A stretch of DNA of 43,843 nucleotides, from positions 1-43,843 of the forward strand of contig JBDTCS010000091.1 of assembly GCA_039923455.1 (NCBI GenBank). The letters run 5' to 3'. The stretch's first letter is position 1, and the number at the start of each line of letters is the position of its first letter. Below are positions 18,668-29,000 of the stretch, in pieces. Below the pieces are notes generated by a model. It saw only the letters and a list, made by a program, of their open reading frames with translations, was not told the origin of the DNA and did no database searches. The DNA is from Candidatus Kapaibacterium sp. GTDB taxonomy: Bacteria; Bacteroidota; Ignavibacteria; Palsa-1295. The position numbers were made by a program, and so were the translations under genes.

Positions 18668-19165
18668 ATGATCGACGCAGATATCATAGTAGAAGACCCG
18701 GATGTATTCTTAGGATACATGCGAGAAGCAAAACGCCCGATATTTCATAACTCGAATATTTTCTTTCGAGATATTCAATACGGTGTTCGAGATTATTTCG
18801 AAGATCGCGAAGGCAAAACGATCTCGTCCAAAGAAGCGATTCGTATTGCAAACGATCTGACCCGTTCATACGAGCGGATGGGAGTGTTGCGGAAAGTGAA
18901 CTCGAATGGGTATCTTTTGATCTATCCGGACATGCTCACTCCAAAGGGTGGAACAATCGAGGTGCTAACAGGTGCGACTATCGCACTGCCACCTGCAGCC
19001 GCAGCGCCTGCACCTGTAAAGGCAGCCGCACCAGCCGTTGCAAGCGCACCGAAGCCAATCGCAGCGCCACCTGTAGCAGCTGCAACCGCATCAGCGACAA
19101 GTGCACCGGCAACCGGAGCTATGCCGGCAGGAGCGAAGGCTCCGCCACCATGGCTTAAGAAGTAG
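18668..19165 (+). CDS. Uncharacterised protein between iscS and iscU (globular ~95 aa plus Pro/Ala-rich tail)
   Basis: ATG start, fills the intergenic gap on the operon strand, has an aromatic-rich motif PIFHNSNIFFRDIQYGV and a low-complexity tail ending PPPWLKK. Confidence 0.85.
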   Translation: MIDADIIVEDPDVFLGYMREAKRPIFHNSNIFFRDIQYGVRDYFEDREGKTISSKEAIRIANDLTRSYERMGVLRKVNSNGYLLIYPDMLTPKGGTIEVLTGATIALPPAAAAPAPVKAAAPAVASAPKPIAAPPVAAATASATSAPATGAMPAGAKAPPPWLKK

Positions 19166-19231
19166 GAGAGCGCACAAACTGCTCCAAAGATTTTTGAATT
19201 ATTAGGCTTGATTAATTAAAGAGGCTTTTTT

Positions 19232-19645
19232 ATGGCTTACTCAGAGAAGGTATTAGATCATTACTCACATCCGCGCAATGTTGGAACGCTCGATCCGAAC
19301 GATCCGAATGTCGGCACGGGACTTGTCGGTGCACCGGAGTGCGGTGATGTCATGCGTTTGCAACTCCGAATCAACGAAGAGACCGGAATCATCGAAGAAG
19401 CAAAGTTCAAGACGTTCGGCTGCGGTAGCGCGATCGCTTCGAGCTCGCTCGCTACGGAAATGATAAAGGGACTTTCGATTGATCGCGCATTCGAGATCAA
19501 GAATACCGAACTTGTAAAAGAGTTGAATTTGCCACCGGTCAAAATCCATTGCTCCGTGCTCGCTGAAGATGCGATCAAGGCAGTGATCGATGACTACCGT
19601 AAGAAGCAAGCGAAAGTGCACGAGCAGCAAGCGGTGAACGCATAA
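19232..19645 (+). CDS. iscU: Fe-S scaffold IscU
   Basis: MAYSEKVLDHY..PRNVG, APECGDVM, KTFGCGSAIASSS and LPPVKIHCS. Confidence 0.98.
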   Translation: MAYSEKVLDHYSHPRNVGTLDPNDPNVGTGLVGAPECGDVMRLQLRINEETGIIEEAKFKTFGCGSAIASSSLATEMIKGLSIDRAFEIKNTELVKELNLPPVKIHCSVLAEDAIKAVIDDYRKKQAKVHEQQAVNA

Positions 19646-19689
19646 CTTGTGCTGCTCTATAGAATTGTTAGGATAAAGAAATCACTACT

Positions 19690-20097
19690 ATGGAAATGAC
19701 AGAAGTAATGACCGCGCCTCCTTCACTTGCCGATACGACGGTCGAGAAAGCATTCGAGAACCTGAACGAAGAGCTTCATGTGACCGAAAAGGCACGTGAG
19801 GAAATTCTTAAGATCATGGCTGCAAACAAGATCCCCGATACCTACGGACTTCGCGTTGGTGTCAAAGGTGGCGGTTGCTCCGGTCTTTCGTACTCGCTTG
19901 GTTTCGATGGCGAAATGCGTGAAGGCGATAAGACGATCGAACAGGACGGAATTCGTATCTTTATCGATGCGAAATCGTTGTTCTATCTTTCGGGTACAGA
20001 TCTCGATTTTACCGATGGCCTGAACGGTCGCGGATTCGTCTTTAGCAATCCGAATGCTTCGAAGACCTGTGGTTGCGGAAGCTCCTTCGGTGTTTAA
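19690..20097 (+). CDS. iscA: A-type Fe-S carrier IscA/HesB
   Basis: LRVGVKGGGCSGLSY and NPNASKTCGCGSSF. Confidence 0.95.
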   Translation: MEMTEVMTAPPSLADTTVEKAFENLNEELHVTEKAREEILKIMAANKIPDTYGLRVGVKGGGCSGLSYSLGFDGEMREGDKTIEQDGIRIFIDAKSLFYLSGTDLDFTDGLNGRGFVFSNPNASKTCGCGSSFGV

Positions 20098-20171
20098 GTA
20101 CGAACGAAAATAACTTCGATTGCATGGACTTTGGCTCGACCTCATTTTTGGTAAGCTAAAGTCTGACCGTA

Positions 20172-20771
20172 ATGATCGACCATTTCAAAGTATTTGGTAT
20201 TCCGCGAAGTCTCGGCTTAGGTCGGGATTCGCTCGAGTCAAGATTTCACGATCTTCAGCGCGAGACGCATCCGGATAAATTCGCCGAAGCCGATCATCTT
20301 CAATTAGAAGAAGCCCAGGAGGCATCGGCAGAAGTGAATCAGGCGTATCGCGTGCTTCGCGATCCACTTGCCCGCTTGAAGCATTTGTTGTTGCTCTACG
20401 GGTATTCTGTCGGAGCGTCAAAGCAAATTCCGCAATCGCTCTTGTTTTCCGTCATGGATGCGCAAGAGAAGATCGCAGAGATGGAGTTTAGCAAAGATGC
20501 AAAGCAAAAGGTGCGTATTGCGGGTGATCTTGACACAACAGCCAAGGGTTTTGAATTGCGCCTCGAGACATTGCAGAAGGAGCGACTCGAACTCAGCGCC
20601 CGCTGGGATGGGAGTGTAGCGCATTCGGAAAGTGCTGAAGCATTAAGTGCAACTGAGAAAACGATCTTAGAAAAATTTGTCGAATTGCTCGTGGAGCAAT
20701 CCTACATCGAAACGCTACTTGCTACCGTCCGTGCTGCCCAAAAAGGAGAGTCTGCCGTGATCCGTCACTGA
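20172..20771 (+). CDS. hscB: Fe-S co-chaperone HscB
   Basis: J-domain with HPDKF and NQAYRVLRDP..R, followed by a helical C-terminal domain. ISC context. Confidence 0.92.
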   Translation: MIDHFKVFGIPRSLGLGRDSLESRFHDLQRETHPDKFAEADHLQLEEAQEASAEVNQAYRVLRDPLARLKHLLLLYGYSVGASKQIPQSLLFSVMDAQEKIAEMEFSKDAKQKVRIAGDLDTTAKGFELRLETLQKERLELSARWDGSVAHSESAEALSATEKTILEKFVELLVEQSYIETLLATVRAAQKGESAVIRH

Positions 20772-20821
20772 CAAACGTGCCTCCTTTTGCACTCAAACAC
20801 AAACCCCACACGAGACCGATT

Positions 20822-21406
20822 GTGACGTCCAAGTACATACAAGCATCCCTAAAAGAGGCAGCAGATTGCCTGGAAACTTTCCTGAAAGATCCCGCAACGA
20901 CTTTGCAGATCGAGGCATTCGTCGAACTGTTACAATCTACCTTTGAATCGGGACACAAAGTTTATTCTGCGGGCAATGGTGGAAGCCACTGTGACGCAAT
21001 GCATTTCGCAGAAGAGTGGACCGGCCGCTATCGCAAAGACCGAGCGCCCGTCGCTGCGCTCGCGTTCAGTGATGTTTCGCACATGACTTGCACCTCAAAC
21101 GATTACGGTTTTGAGCACGTATTTGAGCGTATGATACAAGCCTTCGGAGGTTCGGATGATGTGTTCCTCGCGATAACAACTTCGGGCAATAGTAAGAATC
21201 TGATCCTTGCAGCAGAAGCCGCGAAAGCGAAGGGTATGAAAGTTGTCGGTCTCCTTGGAAAAAGCGGTGGTGCCCTTAAAGATCTTTGTGATATCGCAAT
21301 CATCGTACCAGGTGCTACCAGCGACCGCATTCAGGAGTTGCATATTAAGATTATTCATATCGCGATCGAGTGCACAGAGCGTCTGATGTTTCCGGAGCTC
21401 TACTGA
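20822..21406 (+). CDS. gmhA: D-sedoheptulose-7-phosphate isomerase
   Basis: GNGGSHCDAMHFAEE.TGRY, NDYGF, TSGNSKN and DRIQELHIKIIH. The start is GTG20822 or GTG20777. Confidence 0.93.
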   Translation: MTSKYIQASLKEAADCLETFLKDPATTLQIEAFVELLQSTFESGHKVYSAGNGGSHCDAMHFAEEWTGRYRKDRAPVAALAFSDVSHMTCTSNDYGFEHVFERMIQAFGGSDDVFLAITTSGNSKNLILAAEAAKAKGMKVVGLLGKSGGALKDLCDIAIIVPGATSDRIQELHIKIIHIAIECTERLMFPELY

Positions 21407-21450
21407 TCGCTAAAAATTTATTTCGAGTTTTTGCCAAAGCATAATACTTC

Positions 21451-23349
21451 ATGCCTCTTCAGATCACACTACCCGGCCAATCGAACGACACTTCCGAAAT
21501 CAAGGAGCGTGTGGTCGGTATTGATCTCGGCACGACCAATTCGCTGGTCGCGTATGTCGATAATGGTGTTGCGAAAGTTATCCCGGGTGCCGATGGCGGA
21601 CTCGTGCCTTCAGTCGTAACGATCGATGACGGCGGCAATGTAATCGCGGTTGGCGTTAAAGCAAAAAAGCACGCGCTTGCTGATGCCGCGCACACGGTTT
21701 ATTCGGTGAAGCGCTTGATGGGCAAATCCTATCAAGATGTGAAGAAAGAGGCGAATTTGCTTTCGTATCGATTGAGTGCAGAGGGCGATGGACTTGTTCG
21801 AGTGCAGATCGGTGCAAAGGAATACACACCGATCGAACTATCTGCGTTTGTCCTGAAAGAATTGAAATCGCGCGCCGAAGATTATTTTTCCGCACCTGTC
21901 ACAAAAGCGGTGATCACGGTGCCGGCCTATTTCAATGATGCACAGCGTCACGCTACGAAAGATGCAGGCCGATTAGCAGGCTTGGAAGTATTGCGTATTG
22001 TGAGCGAGCCAACCGCAGCAGCGCTTGCGTATGGTCTTGATCAAAAACGTGACGGGCTCATTGCAGTGTATGATCTCGGTGGTGGCACGTTTGATATCTC
22101 GATTCTGAAAATATCGAACGGTGTGTTCGAAGTGCTTTCAACGAATGGCGATACATATCTTGGCGGAGATGATGTCGATCGTAGATTGATGGAAATGTTC
22201 ATCACGCAGATCGAGCGCATGCATCCAACTTTTGTTGCGACCGGCGAGAACTTGCAACGCATTCGCACAGCCGCCGAAGCCGCGAAGATTGAGCTCTCGA
22301 GCAAATCGCAATCGCTCGTGCAGATCGACTTTCCCGAACTCGGCATTGCGTATCATCGCAATCTGACGAAAGCAGAACTCGAGACGATCGCGAACGGAAT
22401 TCTTGAGCGCACACGCAAACCATGCGAAGACGCAATCAAAGATGCGGGAATTACTCGTGAAGATATAGACGAAGTTGTGCTCGTAGGTGGCGCAACTCGG
22501 ATGCCGCAGGTTAAAGCGCTGGTGCATGAGATCTTCAAGTTGAAGCCGCACGACGAACTCAATCCGGATGAAACGGTTGCGCTCGGAGCTGCAATTCAAG
22601 CGGATGTGCTCGCAGGCAATACGAAAAATGTATTGCTGCTCGATGTTACACCGCTATCCCTCGGAATTGAAACCGTTGGTGGAATGATGAGCGTACTCAT
22701 TCCACGAAACACAACCATTCCAGCGAAGGCAGCGGACAACTATACAACATTCGTCGACAATCAAACCGGTGTCGAGATCAATGTGTATCAAGGTGAGCGA
22801 GATTTCATTCGTGATAATCGCAAACTTGCAGAGTTCACACTGAAGGGCATTCCGCCACTACCGGCTGGTGCTGCCAAGATTGAAGTAAGCTTTCTCATTG
22901 ATGCTGACGGAATTTTACATGTGAGTGCTCGCGAGACACACACCGGCATCGCGCAAGAAGTTGAGGTGAAGCCTTCGTACGGATTGACGGATGAAGAAGT
23001 CGAACGCATGTTAAAGGAGTCGATTCTCTTTGCGCAACAGGATATCGGCGAACGAAGATTGGTCGAGGCGAAAACGGAAGGCGAGCGTGTGCTTGCTGCG
23101 ACCGAGAAAGTGCTTGGGCAATTGCGTCGAGGACAGATCAGCATTCCCACCGCGAAGTTGCAGAAGCTGAATGTTGGGCAAGTAATCGACACGCTCTACG
23201 CATTGCGCCGTGCCTTGCAAGGAGATGATGCGACGCTGATTCAAAAAAATCTGAAAGACCTCGAAGATGCAACGCTTCCGCTCGCGCAAGTGATCATGAA
23301 TGCGAGTGTTTCCGATGCACTCAAGGGTCAGCAAGTTACTCCAGTTTAA
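21451..23349 (+). CDS. hscA: Fe-S assembly Hsp70 chaperone HscA
   Basis: [32 protein letters not shown] and the HscA-typical [12 protein letters not shown] context. Confidence 0.93.
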   Translation: MPLQITLPGQSNDTSEIKERVVGIDLGTTNSLVAYVDNGVAKVIPGADGGLVPSVVTIDDGGNVIAVGVKAKKHALADAAHTVYSVKRLMGKSYQDVKKEANLLSYRLSAEGDGLVRVQIGAKEYTPIELSAFVLKELKSRAEDYFSAPVTKAVITVPAYFNDAQRHATKDAGRLAGLEVLRIVSEPTAAALAYGLDQKRDGLIAVYDLGGGTFDISILKISNGVFEVLSTNGDTYLGGDDVDRRLMEMFITQIERMHPTFVATGENLQRIRTAAEAAKIELSSKSQSLVQIDFPELGIAYHRNLTKAELETIANGILERTRKPCEDAIKDAGITREDIDEVVLVGGATRMPQVKALVHEIFKLKPHDELNPDETVALGAAIQADVLAGNTKNVLLLDVTPLSLGIETVGGMMSVLIPRNTTIPAKAADNYTTFVDNQTGVEINVYQGERDFIRDNRKLAEFTLKGIPPLPAGAAKIEVSFLIDADGILHVSARETHTGIAQEVEVKPSYGLTDEEVERMLKESILFAQQDIGERRLVEAKTEGERVLAATEKVLGQLRRGQISIPTAKLQKLNVGQVIDTLYALRRALQGDDATLIQKNLKDLEDATLPLAQVIMNASVSDALKGQQVTPV

Positions 23350-23378
23350 TTATTTATAGTACGCGATCTCGAAATACG

Positions 23379-23714
23379 ATGCCAACAGTAACTTTTCTTC
23401 CGATGAACGTGACGTGCGAAGCTCTCGTTGGTGAGAGTATTCTGGATGTTGCGCTCGCACACGGCATTGACTTGCAGCATAATTGCGGTGGAGTCTGCGC
23501 ATGTTCAACCTGTCACGTCAAGATCCGCAGTGGGAGCGATCAACTCACGGAAATGGAAGACGATGAAGCCGATCAGTTGGACGAGGCCGAGGGGCTCGCG
23601 CTCGAATCAAGGCTCGGATGTCAGGCGTTGATACTGAGCGATGTCGATGTTATCGCAGAGATCCCCCAATTGAATCCTGCGATCGCGAAGCTCTTTCACG
23701 AGGGCGCACATTAG
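23379..23714 (+). CDS. fdx: ISC-type [2Fe-2S] ferredoxin
   Basis: HNCGGVCACSTCHV...SRLGCQ. Confidence 0.95.
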   Translation: MPTVTFLPMNVTCEALVGESILDVALAHGIDLQHNCGGVCACSTCHVKIRSGSDQLTEMEDDEADQLDEAEGLALESRLGCQALILSDVDVIAEIPQLNPAIAKLFHEGAH

Positions 23715-23786
23715 TATCCATGAGATCGAAATCTCGTATATTAGGATTGCGATGATGATGCAAGTTTTTGAGAGGTGCGAAGTATG

Positions 23787-23993
23787 ATGTGGACTGATAT
23801 TGAAGATATTGCGATAGCGCTACAAGAAGCGCATCCCGAGGTAAATCCGTTGGAGATTCGTTTTACCGATCTCTTACGTTGGATCGGCGAGCTGCCGGAG
23901 TTCGAGGATGACATTCATTCTTCGAATGAAAAAAAACTCGAAGCAATGCAAATGGCCTGGTATGAAGAGTGGCAGGATGCTAACAAAGCGTAA
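23787..23993 (+). CDS. iscX: Fe-S assembly protein IscX
   Basis: WTD.EDIAIAL.E.HP..NP..IRFTDL..W...L.EFEDD....NEK.LEA.Q.AW. The start is ATG23784 or ATG23787. Confidence 0.93.
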   Translation: MWTDIEDIAIALQEAHPEVNPLEIRFTDLLRWIGELPEFEDDIHSSNEKKLEAMQMAWYEEWQDANKA

Positions 23994-24007
23994 GGCTAAA
24001 CAACACG

Positions 24008-24676
24008 ATGGCTGAAGAAACTCGAATACCTTTGTTTCCGCTTGGTGTCGTACTCTTTCCGGAGTCACGAGTGCCGTTGCATATATTCGAAGAACGGTAC
24101 AAGACGCTCGTTGAGGAATCGCTAAAGCAGAGCACGCCATTCGGAATAAATTATGTAGAGGATGATCGCTTGCATTCCGTTGGATGCGCGGCGCATGTTG
24201 TCGAAGTGACCGAGACGCACGCTGACGGAAAGCTTGATATCATCACGGAAGGCGAACGCCGATACGAGGTTATTGAACTTGAGCAGAACGGTCCTGAAGA
24301 ATTGTCTTACGCACGAGTTCGCTGGCTTGATGATGTTGTCGAAGAGCGAGATGAGAAACTGACCGAAGAGACGATCGAGCTTTTTAACGAGCTGACACGT
24401 GTTGCCTATAAAGGCTCCATCGATCCGCTCGATCTCGATCTTTGGACTGGGGAGAACATGCTGCCTTCGTTCACGATTGCGCAGAAATCGGGGCTGGAAG
24501 CGCCACAACGCCAGGCATTGCTCTCGATCACAAGCGAAAATGAGCGTCTTTCGATGCTACACAGCTTTTTGATGCAGCTATTACCTAAGGTCCGCGAGAT
24601 TGAGACGATCAATGATCTGATCAAAAATGACGGCTATATCGTCACCTGGAACAAGCGCGACCGACCGGAAAACTGA
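24008..24676 (+). CDS. Stand-alone LON peptidase substrate-binding (N-terminal) domain protein
   Basis: IPLFPLGVVLFP...PLHIFEERYK, VGC and RQALL....E.ERL. No AAA+ or protease domain. Confidence 0.88.
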   Translation: MAEETRIPLFPLGVVLFPESRVPLHIFEERYKTLVEESLKQSTPFGINYVEDDRLHSVGCAAHVVEVTETHADGKLDIITEGERRYEVIELEQNGPEELSYARVRWLDDVVEERDEKLTEETIELFNELTRVAYKGSIDPLDLDLWTGENMLPSFTIAQKSGLEAPQRQALLSITSENERLSMLHSFLMQLLPKVREIETINDLIKNDGYIVTWNKRDRPEN

Positions 24677-24706
24677 AGATTCCGCAACTTCGATCAATAT
24701 TTTCCC

Positions 24707-24714
24707 TATTTTTG
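24707..24714 (+). promoter_or_regulatory. Possible Bacteroidota-type -7 promoter box for the small basic ORF
   Basis: ccTATTTTTGcac matches TAnnTTTG and lies about 110 nt upstream of ATG24825. Confidence 0.5.
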
Positions 24715-24824
24715 CACAATATTTGAGGCCGTTCGTGTGTTAGCACCGTGCAATTGATCGGCAGAATTCCTTCGAAGGGATTCATTTTAGTGATGATTTA
24801 TTTAGAGAAGTTTTTAGCTCAAGC

Positions 24825-24980
24825 ATGAATAAGAAGACCAAGAAAGTAGCCAAGAAGCATAAGAAGGCAGTAGAGCGCGCAAAGAACAAAGTTCGCGTAA
24901 GCAAAGCCGCTGCAAAGAGCGTACGTCCGAAGCGCACACCAGCTCCAAAGAAAGCCATAGCTGCACCTGTCGTAGCCTAA
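24825..24980 (+). CDS. Small Lys/Ala-rich basic protein (51 aa), absent from the ORF track
   Basis: Hand translation: MNKKTKKVAKKHKKAVERAKNKVRVSKAAAKSVRPKRTPAPKKAIAAPVVA*. It has 15 K + 4 R against 1 acidic residue, an ATG start and a TAA stop, and lies on the same strand as its neighbours. Confidence 0.75.
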   Translation: MNKKTKKVAKKHKKAVERAKNKVRVSKAAAKSVRPKRTPAPKKAIAAPVVA

Positions 24981-25089
24981 GGCCAGAGCTTTGGGGTGAG
25001 GAGGATGCCTTCTCATCAATCAACGTAACGATCAATTTTCGAAGCGACTTCAGGCTCAATGCCGGGAGTCGCTATTCTCATATAAAGAA

Positions 25090-25977
25090 GTGTCTCGCAA
25101 GACCCAATCATCTCACACCCTGAGCAGTTTTGAGCGACTCCTCGAAGCACCAAGGCCGCTCGTTATGTCCATCCTGAATGTAACCCCTGATTCTTTCAGC
25201 GATGGTGGGGAATATCTAACGGTTAGTGCCGCCGTCGAACGTGCGCTCCAAATGATCGCAGAAGGGGCAGATATTATTGACATCGGTGGAGAATCAACTC
25301 GTCCAGCTGGTAAGACCTACGGGGATGGTGCGAAGCGAGTCACACTCGAGGAAGAGCTTGAACGAGTTGTGCCGGTAATTCGCTCGATCATAGCGGCCGC
25401 TCCGAACGCCTTGATCTCAATAGATACCACCAAAAGTGAAGTAGCTCGCGCTGCGATTGAAAGTGGTGCCGCGATCATTAATGATGTGAGCGCTGCGACA
25501 CAAGATGTTAAAATGCTCTCGACTGCCTCAAGCCTTAGCGTGCCAATAATTATGATGCACGGTTACGGGCCGCTGTTTACTAAGCAGACTCTGGAATCGT
25601 ATACTTATTCCGATGTTGTCAAGGAGGTCAGCACGTTTCTGAAGGAGCGAATTACTGCAGCGACGGAAGCTGGAATTGGCAGAGTTGTGATCGACGTAGG
25701 CGTTGGTTTTGCAAAGACTTACAAGGATAATCTAAAGCTTATCAGAGCACAATCACAGTTTGTCGAATTAGGCGTACCAGTGCTGCTTGGAGTCTCCAGA
25801 AAATCAACAATCGGCCGTGCTCTCGGCGAGGGCTTTGCACCGAAGGATCGAATAAATGGCAGCCTTGCCGCAGCGTGTTTCGCCGTTGAGTCTGATGTAA
25901 AGATCATTCGAACCCATGATGTGAAGCCGACGGTTGAGGCGCTGAGAGTGCTGGATGCGATTCGTCACGCGGTTTGA
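25090..25977 (+). CDS. folP: Dihydropteroate synthase
   Basis: ILNVTPDSFSDGG, IDIGGESTRP, SIDT, INDVS, GVSRKS and IIRTHDV. Confidence 0.97.
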   Translation: MSRKTQSSHTLSSFERLLEAPRPLVMSILNVTPDSFSDGGEYLTVSAAVERALQMIAEGADIIDIGGESTRPAGKTYGDGAKRVTLEEELERVVPVIRSIIAAAPNALISIDTTKSEVARAAIESGAAIINDVSAATQDVKMLSTASSLSVPIIMMHGYGPLFTKQTLESYTYSDVVKEVSTFLKERITAATEAGIGRVVIDVGVGFAKTYKDNLKLIRAQSQFVELGVPVLLGVSRKSTIGRALGEGFAPKDRINGSLAAACFAVESDVKIIRTHDVKPTVEALRVLDAIRHAV

Positions 25978-26085
25978 GATACTTTTCTCTGTGGAGTCGT
26001 TGCGTTGCGTTATTGCAACCAAATTCTTTCTGTGAGTGTCCTATTTCCTGAGAATCTACTTCCTGAACCCTGCTGAGTTGTCGTT

Positions 26086-29000
26086 ATGAGATTGTTCGTG
26101 AGAGTTGGCGCATTAGCGGTCCTCATTTTGTCGTTAACTCAAAGTTTTGCGTTCGGTCAAACTCGAACTGACGAGACCCGAGAATCGATGCCCGGCGAAC
26201 TCGCAAGGCGTGAAGCGATTGAATTCCAGCGGGCAAGCGGTAGAACTCCAACGCAACTACTGAACGAATGGCGATCAAAAGAATTTCGACCGACCTTACA
26301 ATTTCCGATCGCTACTCCAACATACGCATGGGATTTTCTAGGACCTCAAAATCAATCAGGTCGAATTCTTACTATATCTGCAATTCCGGGTACGTCGCAA
26401 CTTTTAGCAGGGTCATCCGGTGGGGGCATCTGGAAATTTGCTCGCGACGGAAACTGGCACAACAAAACGGATAATTTTCCATCTCTGAAAATGACAGCGT
26501 CCGCTGTTTCGCATGTCGATCCTTCAATTGCAATGATGGGTACACGCGAGGGGTTTCTTTACGTCTCGATTGATTCCGGAGAAAGTTGGAGCGTACTGAA
26601 CACAGCTCCGGGTGCGAACGTGGCTTCCATAGCATTTCATCCAAAGCTTCGAAACACGTGCTTGGTCGCCACCGATGACGGGCTCATGATCACAACCGAT
26701 TTGGGTTCGACGTGGTCAGTGCTTGCACAGGGTCGTGCGAAAAATATTTGGATCGACGCCGATCACCCGGAGGTGATTTATTATGGCCGCATGGGCGCTA
26801 CGAAGCCGTATGCAAAAACTTCGATTATGCGCTCGACCGATGGAGGCAAGACGTTTAATTCAATACTCGATTTTTCGACGGGATATTATTCGAACGCACT
26901 CTATAGTGTTTGCAAGTCTCAGCCAAATGTGATATGGGCAGCATCCGATTCCTCATTCACAATCATGCGGTCGATCGACACAGGACTCACCTGGAAAGTC
27001 TGCGGATCTTCACCATTGTTATCGAGCAATGATAATTTGCTCTACACGCTTAACGCAGATCCGAACGATCCACTCTCGGTCGCTTGCGGTGGTATCGGAC
27101 TCAACTTCAGCAACGATGCTGGGGAGTCATGGTACACAAATGATGATGGTGTGCTCCATGCAGATATTCGAGCGGTGGCGTTCACGGGTGGTATGAATGC
27201 CGTTGTTGCGGGCGATGGTGGAGTGTTCGTGACTTCGAATTACCTCGATTATATTATTAGCTGGAAATATATTGGTCAAGGACTCGTAACGCTCGAAGCG
27301 TATAATGTGACTGGAAGTCCGGATAGCACGGACATCATCATCGCTGGTAATCAAGATAATGCGTACGTAAAATATTCGCACTCGAAAACAAATTGGTTAA
27401 CGACGACCGGCGATGGTTTCGTTGGAATTTATGATCCGCGAAACCCCAAGACTTTTTATCATGAGTACACACTCATGAATATTCATAAGTCCAGCGATGG
27501 TTTTACACAGTGGGGAGCAAAGGCGATGCGAGGCTTACCAACGACTGCGCAGCCGTTCGATGGAATCACACCCGATACGGTTGATTGGTATGGGCAAGCG
27601 CTCACAATGGATCCGCGCAATTCGAGCCGTCTCTATTGCGGAACAAGCAAGCTCTACCAAACAAAAGATGGTGCGACGAATTGGTCACTTGCTTCTTTCA
27701 CCAAACTTTCTCGCGGTGGTGCGATCACAGCGATTGCTGTGAATCCCCTCGACTCGATGAAGATGATCGTCGGCTCTGAAGATGGTCTTGTGTCTGTAAG
27801 TCGCGATCAAGGATTCACATGGGATTCCATTTCGAGTAATCAATTCGGTGGTCAATTCACCAAAGTGTACTCGATCGTTTATGATCCGAAGCATCCACTC
27901 AAAGTGTATCTCTCGCTTCGGATCGATCCGGGTGGGACGCCGATCTATCGAAGTGTTGATGGTGGAAAACATTGGGAGGCCGCAAGCGCGGGCTTGCCGC
28001 AAGGTTTCACGAGCAGACTTCTCGTCGATTCGCGTAACCCCGACACGCTGTATGTCGGCACGATGAATGGTGTATATGTTTCGCTTGATCGAGGGACGAA
28101 TTGGAATGTGCTTTCGGGCTTACCAAATGTCGAAGTGCGCGATCTTGCCTGGGAGATGCTGAAGGACTCTGTTGGCGTCACGAGTCGGTGTTTATTGGTC
28201 GCGACATACGGTCGGGGAATCGTGCGAGGTTTGCCGCCGATAATTTTGGCAACGCAACCCGACACAATTCGAATGCGGAGCTCCGTCATAGGACAGAATA
28301 ACGACACGATAGTCTCGCCGATCTATACTAACTTTGGACAAACATCCGTCACCATTTCAGGTTTGAGATGGATAGGGCAAGATAGCGATGGTTTCTCATT
28401 CCTTTCGATTCCAAAATCGGTTACACTCCGTTCGGGCGAATCGTATGTGTTGCCGGTTCGATTCCTAGCTGCTGCACAGCGAGTATTTAGTGCTACGCTT
28501 TCTTTCAAGCCATCGACGATCGCAACAACGACCCTGATTCAATTCACTGCCGCAGGAAATCGGCCGGTACTCACAGCAAACGCATCACGTATTGATTTCG
28601 GTAGCGTTGCGGCTGGTGCAGCTCAAGATACTTTGACAACGCTTAGTGCGGCCGGACTCACGACATCATTCGACTCCGTGCATGTTGATTCCACCTTTAT
28701 CATGGGGCCAAACGCAAGTGACTTTAGCTTGACAACAGCGTCATCACCATTTGCCCTTTCGTCAAGTGATACCAAGCAATTATCATTTCGCTTCTCGCCT
28801 CGTGTTCCCGGACTTGAACTTGCGTACGTCGTAATTGCAAGCGACGACATTCGTAAGCGTGACACGATCTTTCTCTCCGGCTTTAGTGTCGGTCATCTTG
28901 ACACGCTTCGATTTCGCACGGTACGGATCGGTACAGTTGAGGATTCCGTGTTTGAACTCGCGTATCGAAATGATGGTTCGCAAACGCTGAGTATTCAAGA

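Noticed and set aside
20822-21406. DiaA instead of GmhA
   Set aside because: It retains the GmhA-type SHCDAMHFAEE and DRIQE.H catalytic/metal-binding motifs.
21451-23349. Calling the Hsp70 dnaK
   Set aside because: The ISC context, the hscB partner and the VKPSYGL motif point to HscA.
24814-25059. Minus-strand 81-aa and 66-aa Leu/Cys-rich ORFs
   Set aside because: They are better explained as the reverse complement of the Lys-rich plus-strand ORF at 24825-24980, which has a promoter-like box and matches the local strand.
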